The notes under the pieces are model-generated. The model did no database searches and was not told the origin of the DNA. It saw only the letters and a program-made list of their open reading frames with translations. Source: Geosiphon pyriformis uo1 (lineage: Eukaryota > Fungi > Glomeromycota). Taken from it: a stretch of 64,000 nucleotides of DNA. This document shows positions 25,324 through 38,400 of this stretch, one piece after another (position 1 is the first letter of the stretch; every line of letters begins with the position of its first letter). The stretch spans positions 748,373 through 812,372 of the forward strand of contig JAAOMT010000003.1 in assembly GCA_016748015.1 (NCBI GenBank), read 5' to 3'. The position numbers were made by a program, and so were the translations under genes.

Positions 25324-28300
25324 TATAGTCCTGACTGGCCTGAGTGGCTGGTCACATGTAGAAAGTGCATGATTTGCACCTAGTTTAGATTATTTGTATG
25401 ATGTATAGCGTTAGGTTACGTTTGGATCTCACTCGTTAAATAAATAAAATAAAAAAAAAATTTTTGCTTGGTTTTCACAATTTCTCAACTCATCAATCTT
25501 TTTGTTGTCTCCTTGGTGTTTGACGTTGTCAACACTATGTTCACAAAGAAATCGGCCAGAGATGCCACTACAAGCTCTGTGAGTAGAAGTCTGAGACAAA
25601 AACCTAAAGTTTTGCTTAGCAAAGTCAAACACTCAAATAACAAAACTGATTTATCTTACAAACTACTTGCAAGTATTCCCAGTTAATATGAGAATATGGA
25701 TACATCTTCTGATAAAAAGTTGGAGTATGAAATGGGCAAAAATGTAGACTATAATGCTGACAGCAAAAGTGATAGATAGTTAGACTCTTGTACCAACACC
25801 CCAAAGGTGAAATGCTTCAACTCTAATATAGTGGTGGCTCCATTTCTGAGTCTCTGTGATTTTTGCTCTGCCATTGACAATATTAACATGGGCTTATCTC
25901 CCTCTGTTTTTCTAGAATCTCTTTATCATTCTGTTGTTTCTGTCAAAGAAAAGCTCTGTTTTGAACTTACCAAATTCTTTGCATTCGACATTGGTCTGTC
26001 AGCTATTCCTGGAAATTCTCTACATAACAAACTCAAGAGTGTTAGGGCACTATTCTACAAAATTGATGATTTTGGGAGTGTGTCGACTCCTTCAAAATTT
26101 CCAGGCATTGTTCGGGCATCTTTCATATCTGATTCCAGTCTCACTTTGGCTAAACAATTGGCTGTGTCTGAAAATTTTGTCATTAATACTAATCTCAAGA
26201 GATTTGGCATATGTTCAGATTAGGAAATTGTTATTAAAGAGATTCTGGTAGATTTGCCCAAATTGGCAATCGAATCAGCTTTGGTCAAGTATGGGAAAAT
26301 TTTTTCAATCAAAATGCAGCTTATTGGCCTCTGGCAGAAAGCACTAGTGGAGTTTAAGAGTTCTCAGGTTGCTGACCTGGTTGTGTCCAAATGGTCAATC
26401 TTGTTAGGTAAGGATTCAGTGCATATTGCCAAAGCCAATTCCAACAAACAAATGTAAGATTTAAGGAACAGCTATCATGCTCTTCTATATACTCTGCCAA
26501 TAAGCACAACTGTCCACAATCTCTCAAACTTGGTCCAATTGTATGGTGGGAAAACTTGCTACATTTCTAAAAATTTGGAGTCTTACACATAAGCCCATTG
26601 TGCTGTCATATGTTTTGATTCTAATGATGCCAAAGAGGCTGCCATTTACTCTATGCTGGTGTTTAGGGGTATCAATCTTGTTTGGACTGGTTTGTTTTCT
26701 TCTAAGTATACTGCATATGGTAATTTTGGTCACGTTTGTCTGGCTGTAAAAGTGGTGAAAAAAACAGTGGGCAGGGTTTCATGAGGAAGAGATTTCTTTG
26801 TTTTGATTCGGATAAAAGGTGCCTTGTACTCATCTATGCCAAAAAACAGACACCTGTATCTCATCTAATTTTCTTCAGTGATACAACTTGGACTTTTGTG
26901 GTAAGCAGCTTCCCTAAAAATTTGTATTCTACACTGCTCACTGGGAACAATTTAGGCATAAGTTCAGTTGCCAGTTTGATGCCTGTGGTTATGTTTTTGG
27001 CTTCATGTGTTAGTGTTCTTGAGCATTCACTTGAGAATGTGTCTAATTAAATAGCTGACATTTTGCATAAACTGGACAGATTGCTGGCTGTTTCGTTAGC
27101 AAATTCTACTGTTCCACCCACCTCTAAACATAACTCTGTGCTGGACATAGCTGTTGACACTCCATTGTTCATTTTTCCCATGCCTGGTGTGGTCACTGCT
27201 GTCTCTCAAAACATTTTTCCAAATGGTACTTGTGTTTTAACTGCAAAAATAGGTGGCCTAGAAGCTAATCTAACAGTCTTGAAAAATTCAGTTAAGACAA
27301 TATTGTGAAAATTGAACTCTTTTTGTTCTGGCAGTGGTATGATAACTCCTTTTTTTCCCCAATAAGTAGTTTAGCTTAGAAAATTGCTACTTATAACATT
27401 AGAGATATAAATATTCCTGCCAAGCAGAATGATATTATTAGATGGCACATGGTTTCGAATAATGACATTTCAATAGTTACTGAGACTAAGTTTCACTTTA
27501 GTGTTAAGTCTTAGATTGTGAATAAGCTTTCTGGTGTAAGGGTGTTTACTTCAGGTCTGGATGCTGGGTTTTTAGGAATGAGTGTTACTTTAATCATAAA
27601 TGAAAATTTAGCCAAACATGTTTCAAAAATCTCTGAAATTCTGGATAGACTTTTGATGATCTGCTTGTTATTCAAAAACAAACAATCTGTTTTTGTGTTG
27701 GGTTTGTATATGAAGGCTTCTCTGGATAAGTGTGTAATTCAGGCTGGTCTTGTAAATTTCTTTATAGTCAGAGCTTGTAATAAAAGTACATTTGTTATTT
27801 TAGGTAGTGATTTCAATAAAGATGAGAACAAATGTAGCTCTAGCTTTAGTAAATGTATGGGTCTAGGTTTAGTCAATACATTGGTTAATAGTTCTTACAT
27901 CAAGGCTTCTACTTGGAAAAATTTCAGGGGTGTTGAAAGAGTCCTTGATTACATTTTTGTTTTCCAAAGTTTGAGTAATGCTTTAGTAAATGGGTGTGTT
28001 GTAGATGTGGATGAGTTCTTTGGCACTGATTATAGTTCTGTTCAAATTACAATTGGTCTTGTGGAATTTTGGATCCTGTTCTAAGAGCTATTTATGTTTA
28101 GGCCAATAAGAACAAGTGGAAATTTAATGTCAAAAATGCTAATAAAGTTAAATGGGAGCAGTATAAGATTGCATCTCATAATAATTTTGCCATGTTTTCT
28201 GATAAGTTTACAGATTGTTGTTGTTCATCTGATCTGGATGGCATGTGGGGTGCTATTCACAAAGTCATTTATTTCTCAGCAAATGAAGTTTTCTCGAAAA

Positions 28301-31300
28301 CCTGGTCTAAAAATTTTGATGGTGGTTTTACCAAGTGCTTTTCTTACTATCATAGATTGAAACTTTTGGTTTCTAAGTTGGTGAAAGCTTCATATTCTGT
28401 GTCATCTATTGGATTCATCTTTTTGTTGAATGTTTGAGTGTTTTTGGACTCTGTTAATGCTTCTGCTGTTAAATTTCTTTTTCTTTTGAGATCTCATTTT
28501 GATGCTATTAGATCAGCTTTGGCAAAGATTAGAAAGTCTTATCATTCCTTCAAGATAATAAAATCAAAACATGCTAGGGATTTTCAAATCAGGTTAACAA
28601 TTAACAAAAGAATGGAAAACTTTGAGTTGAATAAGGACCAAATTATTAGAAGTGTACTTAAATAGCCATTTTGCAAAATTACATTGAATTATCTGGTTGT
28701 GGATAGGGACCTCATTTTGGAGCCTGGTTTGGTTAAATTTCATGTTAATAGAATTATGAAGAGCTTGACCAGAAAGCATGTGGTGGTTAATAATGTTTCG
28801 GATAAATGGTATTGCCAACTCCAACTCTTGAAATATGTCTTTGATGATGCCTTTTTGAATATTATGCACCCAATTGAGGTGGAGGAATTTCTTGGTGTGG
28901 TCTTGAGTTTGCCTAATAATAAAGCTGCTGGCCTTTCTAGTATTATAAATGAGTTATAGAAACATTGCAACAGATCTGTTCTGGATTTGCTATTGGTGCT
29001 TTTGAACTCTTGTTTGATTTGTGAATCTGTTTCAGATCCTTGGAAAGAGGTCTGAGTATCTATAATTCCTAAATCCTATGACTGGAAGAGAGTTCTTATG
29101 AACACCCAACCCATAATACTGATTAAAACTGCCTGTAAAATTTTTTCTAAAATCCTCTCTGAAAGGATCTCTGTGGCATGTAGCAAGCACAATGTTCTTT
29201 GTGATAACAACTTCTCAGTTCTTAAAGGTACAACAACACAGTCTCCTATTTTTGCTATTGGTTCAGTGGTAGAAGATGCTTTAGAAAAGAATTGTGAACT
29301 TTGGTTGGTTTTGCAAGACATAAGGAAAGCGTATAACTTGGTTGGTTAGAAATATCTAAGGAGGAGTTTGGTCAGAATCAAAATATACAGTAGATTCATA
29401 AAATTTTTTGGGAGTATTCACAATGACTGCATAAACAGAGTAATGACTGATTTTGGGTTGACTAATGGTTATAGTGTTCATGATGGCTTGGATCAAGGAG
29501 AAGTGTTTTCACCTTATTTTTAGCATATTTTTTATAATACTTTGCTGTGTGAAGTAAAAAAACAAGAAGCAGTGTGTGATTATAGCTTAAATTTGCATCA
29601 TGTTGCCAAAACTGGTTACATAGATTCTCAAGATAATTTGACTTTTTTTTTTGCTACAGAAGCATTTGTTAATGATACTATATGAGTTGGTTTTAGTCAG
29701 GTGGCTACACAACACATTCTCAATATTGTCAGTGAATTTTTCAGGATAAATGATATCTTGATCAACAACAACAAAACTGTAGCAATTCTAATTAATTGCA
29801 AAGTAGTGGCTCCTTTTTTATTTGTTAGTGGCACTCTTATTTTCATCGCCAAAAAAGAGGTGTCTTACCAATATCTGGGTATTTTTTTTTCTTCTGATGA
29901 GTTATCTAAGTCCAGCTTGGCTAAAGTGTATTCAGATATATGGTTTTTTGCCAACCTTGTTCTGAAAAAGGCAATTTTAGACAAACAGTTCTCATACTTG
30001 GTTTTGGCAGTCTTTCATCTTATCATTGGTTACAGGACCCAGTTTAGTTTTGTTTCTGCTAGTATGTGCCAAAAGTGGGATGTTTTAATTCAAAAGAGAC
30101 TGAAATTAAAATTGGGTCTGCTCTTGGATTTTCCTAATGATGTTTTGCACCATTTTTTATTTTATGGCTTAAAGACTTTTGAGCAGATCCAAGCTAAAGA
30201 CAAGGTTGCTGCTGTGGTGTGTTTTGCCAACTCTGGTGGGGTCTTGGGCCAATTGTTTAAGCATAAATTGCATGACTTGCAGGTCTTGAGTTGATGTCTT
30301 GTGCATTCCTTGAGCTCTCCAGTTTGTATTAGTGTTAATTCTCTGAACAACTTTTTGGCAGGTGTGGTTTGGGTCTTTTTTGGTTCTGGTTTATTTTTGG
30401 GCAATCTTATGTGTAATGCTTTTCACTTCTGGTGTCCTTGGTAAGTCAATGTATTTCAGATGTCTTCCTTCTTTTTGTTGTTATGGAATTGCTTTTGTTG
30501 AGCAGCTTTGGTGTCATAATGGTGCTGTTTTTAACTAGAAAACTTTCAAGTGGTGGAAAAGACTTGATTCATGTGGTCCTGTTCCTGTCTGGTTTGCTGC
30601 TGCTGTTCAGTATCTCCATAATTTTGGTTCTCTTGATGTTTGCTCTTTACCTCCAGATGATGATGCTGCAAAAAACATTCTTAATTCTTATAAGTTTAGA
30701 ACAGTGTGTGATCGGTTGTCTGGTGTTAGTGCCTCTGGTTTTTCTGTGTACATGGATGGTTTTCTTTGTGGTCTGGAGAGTGTTAATATAAAAGCTGGCA
30801 CTGTTGCATTCTTCGAGGACTTTAACTTAGAGATTGGGGTGGAAGTAACTGGCATGATATCTTCTACATTGGCAAAGCTTCAGGCCATTGCATTAACCCT
30901 TAAGTGTGTGCCTAATTTGAGTTCAGTTCATCTATTCTCTGACAGCCAAGCTGCTTTGGATGTGTATAAAGCTGAACTATTGTTGTTGGCTCCAGATTTC
31001 CATAACAAATACTGGGTCAAATGTCAACACATCACTGGTATCATATGTAAAAGGAAATTGAATGTTGGCTAATATAAGGTTAAAAAACACTCAGGTGTTT
31101 TGGATAATGTTCAGACTAACTTGCTTGCTGGGGTCTCTTTTTGTTCAGGCTGGTTTTTCTCTTTCCAGCTCAAAGAATGTTTTGTTTTGGCTAAAGACAG
31201 TATTGTTTCTGGAAACTTTAGACACTTTGTTCATAATGTTTTTCAGTCTATCCATCGTGCATGCTGGGAATTAGGTTCTGATACCAAGATTGTGAACAGT

Positions 31301-31379
31301 CATCTGCTCACAAATGTTGATTGGTCTAAATTGTCTCTTGTTTCGCATCCTGATTCCCACATAGCTGCTGGCTTTATGA

Positions 31380-32365
31380 TGTTACCAGACAAAATTAGAG
31401 ATATTATTTAGCATGAAATTATTGTTATAATTTCCATCATTAATTAACATATATTATTGTTTTAAATTATCACTTATTACATTAGCAAAATGTCTGAAAT
31501 TATTATTTAATTAATAACCCAATTTGTATATGACACAAATGTAACCTAATTACAATGATCAATTATGCAATATCTCGAACTATGTAATATTCAAAAAGTT
31601 TGCTGAAATTTGTAGAAATTTGCCGAAATAATTGATAGTTCACCGAAATATCTAATAGTTCACAGAAATAACTTGTAGTTTGCTAAAATGTATATTTAGT
31701 TCAGTGAAATTGTAGAAAATAGCAAAGTTTGAGTTCATAGAATAGTATTACAACAAGTTGTATAAAAGAAAAGTGTCTTTCTTCGAGAAAATGTATCTTA
31801 CTTCATATTTAACAATTAGAATCATCCTTTATACACAAAAGACAAATAAATATCAAATAATTTGAAAAGCCAAATTCTTAAATTATTTCCCTTGAAATTA
31901 ACCAATTCCTACTAACAGTTTGAAATTGACTAGCTACCAATTTCAGTAAACTGTTAAAGCACTTCCAGGCCTAAATCTGAAATGACTTTCATAAATTATC
32001 AGTTTTACTTTTTCTTTTATATTTCTTTTATTCTCTTTCTTTTCTTATTATAAATTATTTGGATAGCCTACAGATGAGAATTTCTGTAGAAGAGTTGACT
32101 TTCACAGCAAAGTAACTATACATTTTTAGTGAGCTTCCAGATGAGCAATTCCTGGGAAAGAGTTGACATTTACTACAACATAACTATACAAAGTAACTGG
32201 CACGGAATTGGCCATTCCACTTATAAGCCCAGCAGTTCAAATTATAGGAGATAATTTAAAGATAAATTCAGTTACTGGAGGTTCAATCACATCCAGAAAA
32301 CGTGAACTCACAGCAAACAGGCATCAACAACATCTAAAAAAAGAGATCAAAAACCTCTGGTAACA
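31380..32365 (+). repeat. 5' LTR
   Basis: TGTTACCAGA...TCTGGTAACA termini; direct repeat of 40290-41277. Confidence 0.97.
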
Positions 32366-32367
32366 TT

Positions 32368-32380
32368 TGGGGCTCTCCCA
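32368..32380 (+). promoter_or_regulatory. Primer-binding site TGGGGCTCTCCCA
   Basis: TGG-start motif 2 nt after the LTR; corresponds to TGGTGCTCTC in copy A. Confidence 0.7.
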
Positions 32381-32410
32381 TGGAAACAACACAGCAAAAA
32401 CAAATTCAAA

Positions 32411-35400
32411 GTGACGACCACACCAGATGCAACAACTCTAGAGTATTACCAATCAATTTACATTCACTGCAAGCAAAGATTCAACATTCCAGATGGAATT
32501 GAAGTTGTCAAGAAATCAGTATACCAATACATTGAAAACTGTATCAACAATTATCTTTTTGGAAATTACAATATCTCAGAAGTTAGAAGCAACCTTTACA
32601 ACAATTTAGCACACTATTCACAGTTGAAAACTGAAAACCTTAACAGTGAAACACTTGCCACTTACTTTCAAGAACTAAATTTTAACATTATCAAGTACTG
32701 TGAAGAAACATATCCAGTGCAGTCTCAATACTCTATTGATTTTGAATCAGAGACAGAAACAAGCAACAAAGACAAACAAAAATTGAAGCAATACTCAAAA
32801 ACCACTCCAAATACCCCAATACTACCAAAAACAACTGCCAAACACTTACAAACACCTGAACAAGGAACCAGTTCAAAACTTCTATTCACCATCACACTTT
32901 TTCCAGCTTCACTTGCACAAGCACAAACACCTAATTCACTCTTAAATTGATTTGCAAAACCAGAAAATTTTACATCACTCAGAAGTCCCACCAGACAGCA
33001 AGAACCCCTTCAAACTAGTTCCAATCTTTTTGATTTTCTAGCTGAAAATCAAAGCAAACACTCTGAGACAGCAGCAAACGAAGAAAACAACTCTGAAATA
33101 ACTGAAGAAGAATCAATAAACAGTGAAAACGAAGAAAATGAAATGACAGCATACATTGCAAAAATCCCTGAATTTAATGGAGAAGACATTGAGACCAGTC
33201 CCCAAGAATGGCTTGACCAAGTTACTAAAGCTGGAAATGCAAACAGATGGAATGCTGCCAGAATGTTAAGAACAATTTCCTACTTTCTCAAAAGAACAGC
33301 AGAAGAATAATTTGAAAACTTGGTCACTCCATTCAATGATTGGGATGCTTTCAAAGCAGCCTTCCTTGAACAGTTCACTGACAATAATACCTCCATCACC
33401 CTTCGAAATCAGTTTTGCAATATCAAACAAGAATCCTCTGAATCTGTTATGACTTATATTGAGAAATTCAACAAACTTTTCAGATGAATTTGCCAACTCA
33501 AAACAAATGATTATTATTCCGATGCTCAAATTTTGGATCAATTTATTGCTGGTCTAAAAGATAAACTAATTAAAAAAGTTCACCCACATGTACCAGAAGA
33601 TTTAAACTCTGTCATACAGCATGTGAAAAGATACGAAATGGCCATGAAAGAGGCCAATCACACAAAACTTGTAAATTTGGCAATTGGAGAAACCAGCTCA
33701 GCAGCTGAGGAAAAAATTGACCAACTCACAAAGAAGATTGAAAACTATTTCACCAATCAACAACAACAGCAACTCCAAAGATATCAATCACCTCAAAGAT
33801 GAAATCAAAATAACTTTGCACCACTTTCTAATAACCAGCCTCAAAATTGCCATTACTGTGAAATCTCTGGCCACTGGAAAAGAGATTGCAGAAAGCTACA
33901 ACAAAACCAACAAAATAGGAGTAATTAACGTTACTCTTCACCACAGCAATCTTATTATCAACTACCACCACCAGCTTACTATCCACCAAGACCCCAATAC
34001 CAAAATAACTATTATTAGCCTGCCCCACAGCCAATCCAACAGCAATACCAACAACCACCCACACAATATTATCAAGTATTTGCTCGAAGACTGATTACAC
34101 AAAATCAATTCACACCACAAAACCAATACCAAGTAAACAACAATAGAATCAGTTCGAACAACCAATTGGTTCTCCGAAATTTCACTTAACCAAGACCCAA
34201 CCACTACCACACTCAACCCAGTTATTTAACAATGCCAGAAAAACAGAATTTTTATCATACTGCACCCTCGAAAGGTAGAGCTGCAGCACAACAACAAAAC
34301 CCTTCCTATACTTCCACTACAATCTCACCAGCCAGAATTGCTGAAAATGCTAACCTTTCAAATATATTCCCTTTTGAGTTCGAAGCAAATGAGTCACCAT
34401 TCCTGCTTAGCAATGCAGCCGCCAATGAACAAAAAGCAATCACAGCTATGTACACTAAAGCAGAAGTCGAAGGAAAGACAATTTGCTTGATCCTAAACAA
34501 TAGATCTGCCAGAAGCATTATCATCTACCAGTTAATGCAACAGTTAAAGAGAAATGTCAACTGACCAGCTTAAACAGTAATCGTCACTGCTGATGGCATA
34601 AAAAAAACCCCAGTAGGAGAAATTGACAATTTTCCATTCACTCTTAATGGAATTACCATTCCAGTCAAGGTTCTTGTAATGGACGCGCCTCAGTATCAAG
34701 CCCTTGTCAGAAATGATTGGTTCCAAAAAGCCAATACAAAATTAGACTGGGAAATCCAAGAATTACAACTTTCCTATCAAGGACAACATACCCGAGTATC
34801 TGCTACTTGTAGTACATTCAACAAACACTCTGAAAAAGCCCCGGCTTTTAAATCCAAACCAGAAGAGGAAAAACCCATTATTGAAATGTTTATGACACTT
34901 GGATCAACTTCCAATTGGGCTGATGAAACTGAACAACAATACTTTTCAACAAATAATTCTCTTGAAACAAAAGAACCAGTGACAACCAAATGGAATGTCC
35001 CCTATTCAAAACCAGAACCACAAAAACAATGCCCCTACATTCCACTCAAATGCAAGAACTGCCACAAGAAACTCTCTTCAATAAGAGCCTGCATTTCACT
35101 TGAAGAAAAATATGAAAATCATACTTGTTATTACTGCAAGGCTTGCTATAGAGAACGATGAGGCTATCTAATAAAAAAAAGCAGAAAATAGGACAACACC
35201 TCTTGTTTGACTTGTGGAGATATACTACTGGAAAAATGCAATTGAATTGATATAGCAATGAAAAGAGGAGTCTGCGATCAGACCTGCCAATATGCTTTAT
35301 CAATTTCAGAAAAAGTAAAAAGAGGAACACCCTTTGATGCAGCATACAACAGTGCTCTCAACAAACTGTACTATTACTCTCATGATGCCGAAATGATTTT

Positions 35401-38400
35401 CAACCTAGCAATGGCTTTAATCAATGGAGCCACTCAAGAAAATGTTTGCCAAATGAAAGAATCAGAATACATTGCATACATCTTTGAAATTGCTGGATAC
35501 AACTACAAAGATGAAGTAGAAGTATATCACCGAATTGCCAGTTATACTTATCTAACCAAAGAAGCTCAAGCTCAATGGCTAGAGCAAATAAACATTAAAT
35601 TGTGTAAAGAATGCATAATGCTCTGCGATGAGCAATGGTGCCCTGAATGCTATGCTCTTAGCATTTCTTTGCCCAGTAAAAACGATAAGAATGAAATTGA
35701 ATTTGGAGAACCTGAAGCAACGGAAGAAATTGAAACAACACCCATCTACCTTATCAAAAATCAGCCTGCCTTACAACTCAAATACTTCAACAACAACGGA
35801 CAAGGAATAAAACCTGAAAAAGCACACGAAATTGATGTTGGATATGACCTAAGATATTCAGACAAGGATACTCTTATTCTCAAACCCAAATCTCTCACAA
35901 AAATCAACCTTAAAATTGCACTCGAAATTCTGCCAGGAGCAATAGTTCAAATCGCCTTCCGGTCCTCTCTGGCAAGCAAAAGAATCAATGTCAGAGGAGG
36001 AATAATCGATGTTGGATATACTGGAGACATTACAGTGATGCTTCAAAATAAAACTAACAAACCATTCAAAATTGAACATGCTGAAAAAATTGCCCAAGCT
36101 ATTTACCTACCCCTAATCAACATTTTGGGTTTACAATTAGTCAATCAAAGAGAACAATTAGGAAAAAGCGATAGAGAAACCCAAGGTTTTGGTTCAACTG
36201 GATGATTCACAGTTCCAGTTAATATAGCTTTTAACACACAGAACAAATCCTACCAGATTCTCAGACTTCCACAACCAAATACCATCTTATCCTTTGGAGA
36301 ACATCTGGAAATCTACACCTGCCTAAAGCCAACAACCACACAACAAATTTTTGAGTCTAATGAACAAGTCTGCTTGGAACATAATATTTCAATCTCAAAC
36401 ATTTATATTCTAGAAGAAACAAAGAAAGTCCGAGTTACTTTTTACAATCCCAACAATTATCCCATAGTTTTATTAAATAATTTAGAAATTAGAGTTATTT
36501 ACAGTAATATATTTCAACAAGAATTACCCCAAATAGTTCCCAATTTCTCTGAAATTATTGGACATTCACTACCAAAAAACAACCCAAACCCCAGCTCTAA
36601 AAACAACCATGTTGTCATGGAAAAACTATTTCAAATCAACATGGAACAACTTGAACCACAACAACAATACCAGTTTAAAGAGCTAATTGCAGAATTTGCC
36701 AATATCTTTGCTGAAAACAACAATGACTTAGAAAGAACCAATTTGGTCCAACACCAAATTTATACAGAAGATGCCAAACCAAGAAGACAACAAGCATATC
36801 GAGTTGGTCTAGAAAGCCACCAATTCATCTGAGAAGAAGTACAACAAATGCTTAACAATGGGCTCATCCAACCCTCCATGAGTCTTTGGGCTTCACCTGT
36901 AGTGCTAGTTAAAAAGAAAAATAGAAAGATATGATTTTGTGTTGACTATCGACAACTCAATAGTATTACAATTGGAGACATCTACCCCTTTCCCCAAATT
37001 GATGACATGTTAGATGCCCTTGGAAAATCCAAATACTTTTCAACACTAGATTTAGAAAGCAGTTACTGACAAGTTGCTATGGATCCCAAAGATCACCCCA
37101 AAACAGCATTCACCACCCAAGACAAAAATTACAAGTTCAATATAATGCCTTTCGGATTATGCAATGCACCAGCAACGTTTCAGAGATTAATGGATGTTGT
37201 GTACCAAGGACTCCTTTGGAAGTCAGTAGTCATTTATCTTGATGATACTGATGTTTATTCTCCATCATTTGAATTACACTTAAAACACCTGTGAGAAGTT
37301 TTTTAATGATTACGAAAAGCAGGACTAAAACTCAACATTGAAAAATGCTACTTTGGAAAAACAAGCTTGATCTTCCTTGGTCATATTATTAGTAAAGATA
37401 GAATCAAACCAGACTCTGGAAAAATCAGCACTGTCAAAAACTTCAAAACTCTTCGAAACACTACAGAACTAAGAAGATTTGTAGGGTTAGCCTTCTACTA
37501 TTGGAAGTTTATCAAAAAATTCTCAGAAATCGCAAAACATCTCAACCAGCTTACCACCAAAAACATCAAATACAAATGGACTGCTGAATGCCAAAATGCA
37601 TTTGAAATCCTTAAAGAAAAACTAATAACAGCTCCAATTTTCACCTATTCAGATTTCAGCAACCAATTCTGATTAGCAACAGATGCCTCTTATACTGCCT
37701 TTGGTGCCATCTTATCACAATTAGATGACAACGGAAATGAGCGAGTAATTGCTTATGCTAGCAGAACATTAAAACCAGCCAAGAAAAACTACCCTGCTAC
37801 AGAACTAAAAACAGCAGCTGTAATCTGGGCCCTACACCACTTCAACCTTTATCTCAGGCCTAAAGAATTTGATATTATTACTGATAATATTGGACTCAAA
37901 TAGCTTCAGAACAAAAATACTCAGCTGAACACAAAACAAATCTAATAGACAGGATTTCTAGCAAACTATCGATACATAGTACATCACAAACCAAGAAAAC
38001 TTTACACCAATGTTAACTGTCTCTCCAGAATGAGACAAGATTAGAAAACACAAAAACCAACACTCAACTTAACCAACCAAAACAGCCAACAAACAATGAA
38101 TTCAAAAAACTACAACAATCTCAAACAATATTTGGAAACATTAACAATCCTAACAGATTGGTCTCCAGATAAAAAACATTGACTACAACAACAAGCCAAA
38201 CAATATTTTCTACACAACAACATTATTTATTATCAAAATTTCAAAAACCTAGACAAATCACTCAGATTAATACAAGAACAGGAAAAAGAGATTATATTAT
38301 ACAACATGCATTCAGATTCTTCATCAGCACACTTCAGAAAAGACAGCACCACCCAAAGAACACTAGAATACTACTTTTGGCCTCGAATAAGAAAAGACAT

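Larger units (their letters stand above)
18507..25460 (+). mobile_element. Full-length LINE copy C (about 6.9 kb)
   Basis: Pyrimidine-rich 5'UTR, ORF1, ORF2, 3'UTR and poly(A); flanked by AT(A)10-12 on both sides. Confidence 0.95.

Noticed and set aside
25338-25390. Hammerhead ribozyme in the LINE 3'UTR (CTGA...GAAA-stem)
   Set aside because: The CUGANGA core is missing, spacing before GAAA is wrong and the cleavage triplet is not conserved across copies.
31598-31720. CRISPR-like arrays (also 42860-42968 and 58255-58425)
   Set aside because: These are degenerate tandem units without unique spacers, inside LTRs of a eukaryotic genome, with no cas genes.
38042-38100. Integrase as a separate ORF with its own ATG (38096)
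   Set aside because: It is in the same frame as RNase H, and the intervening TAG is explained by CAG>TAG.
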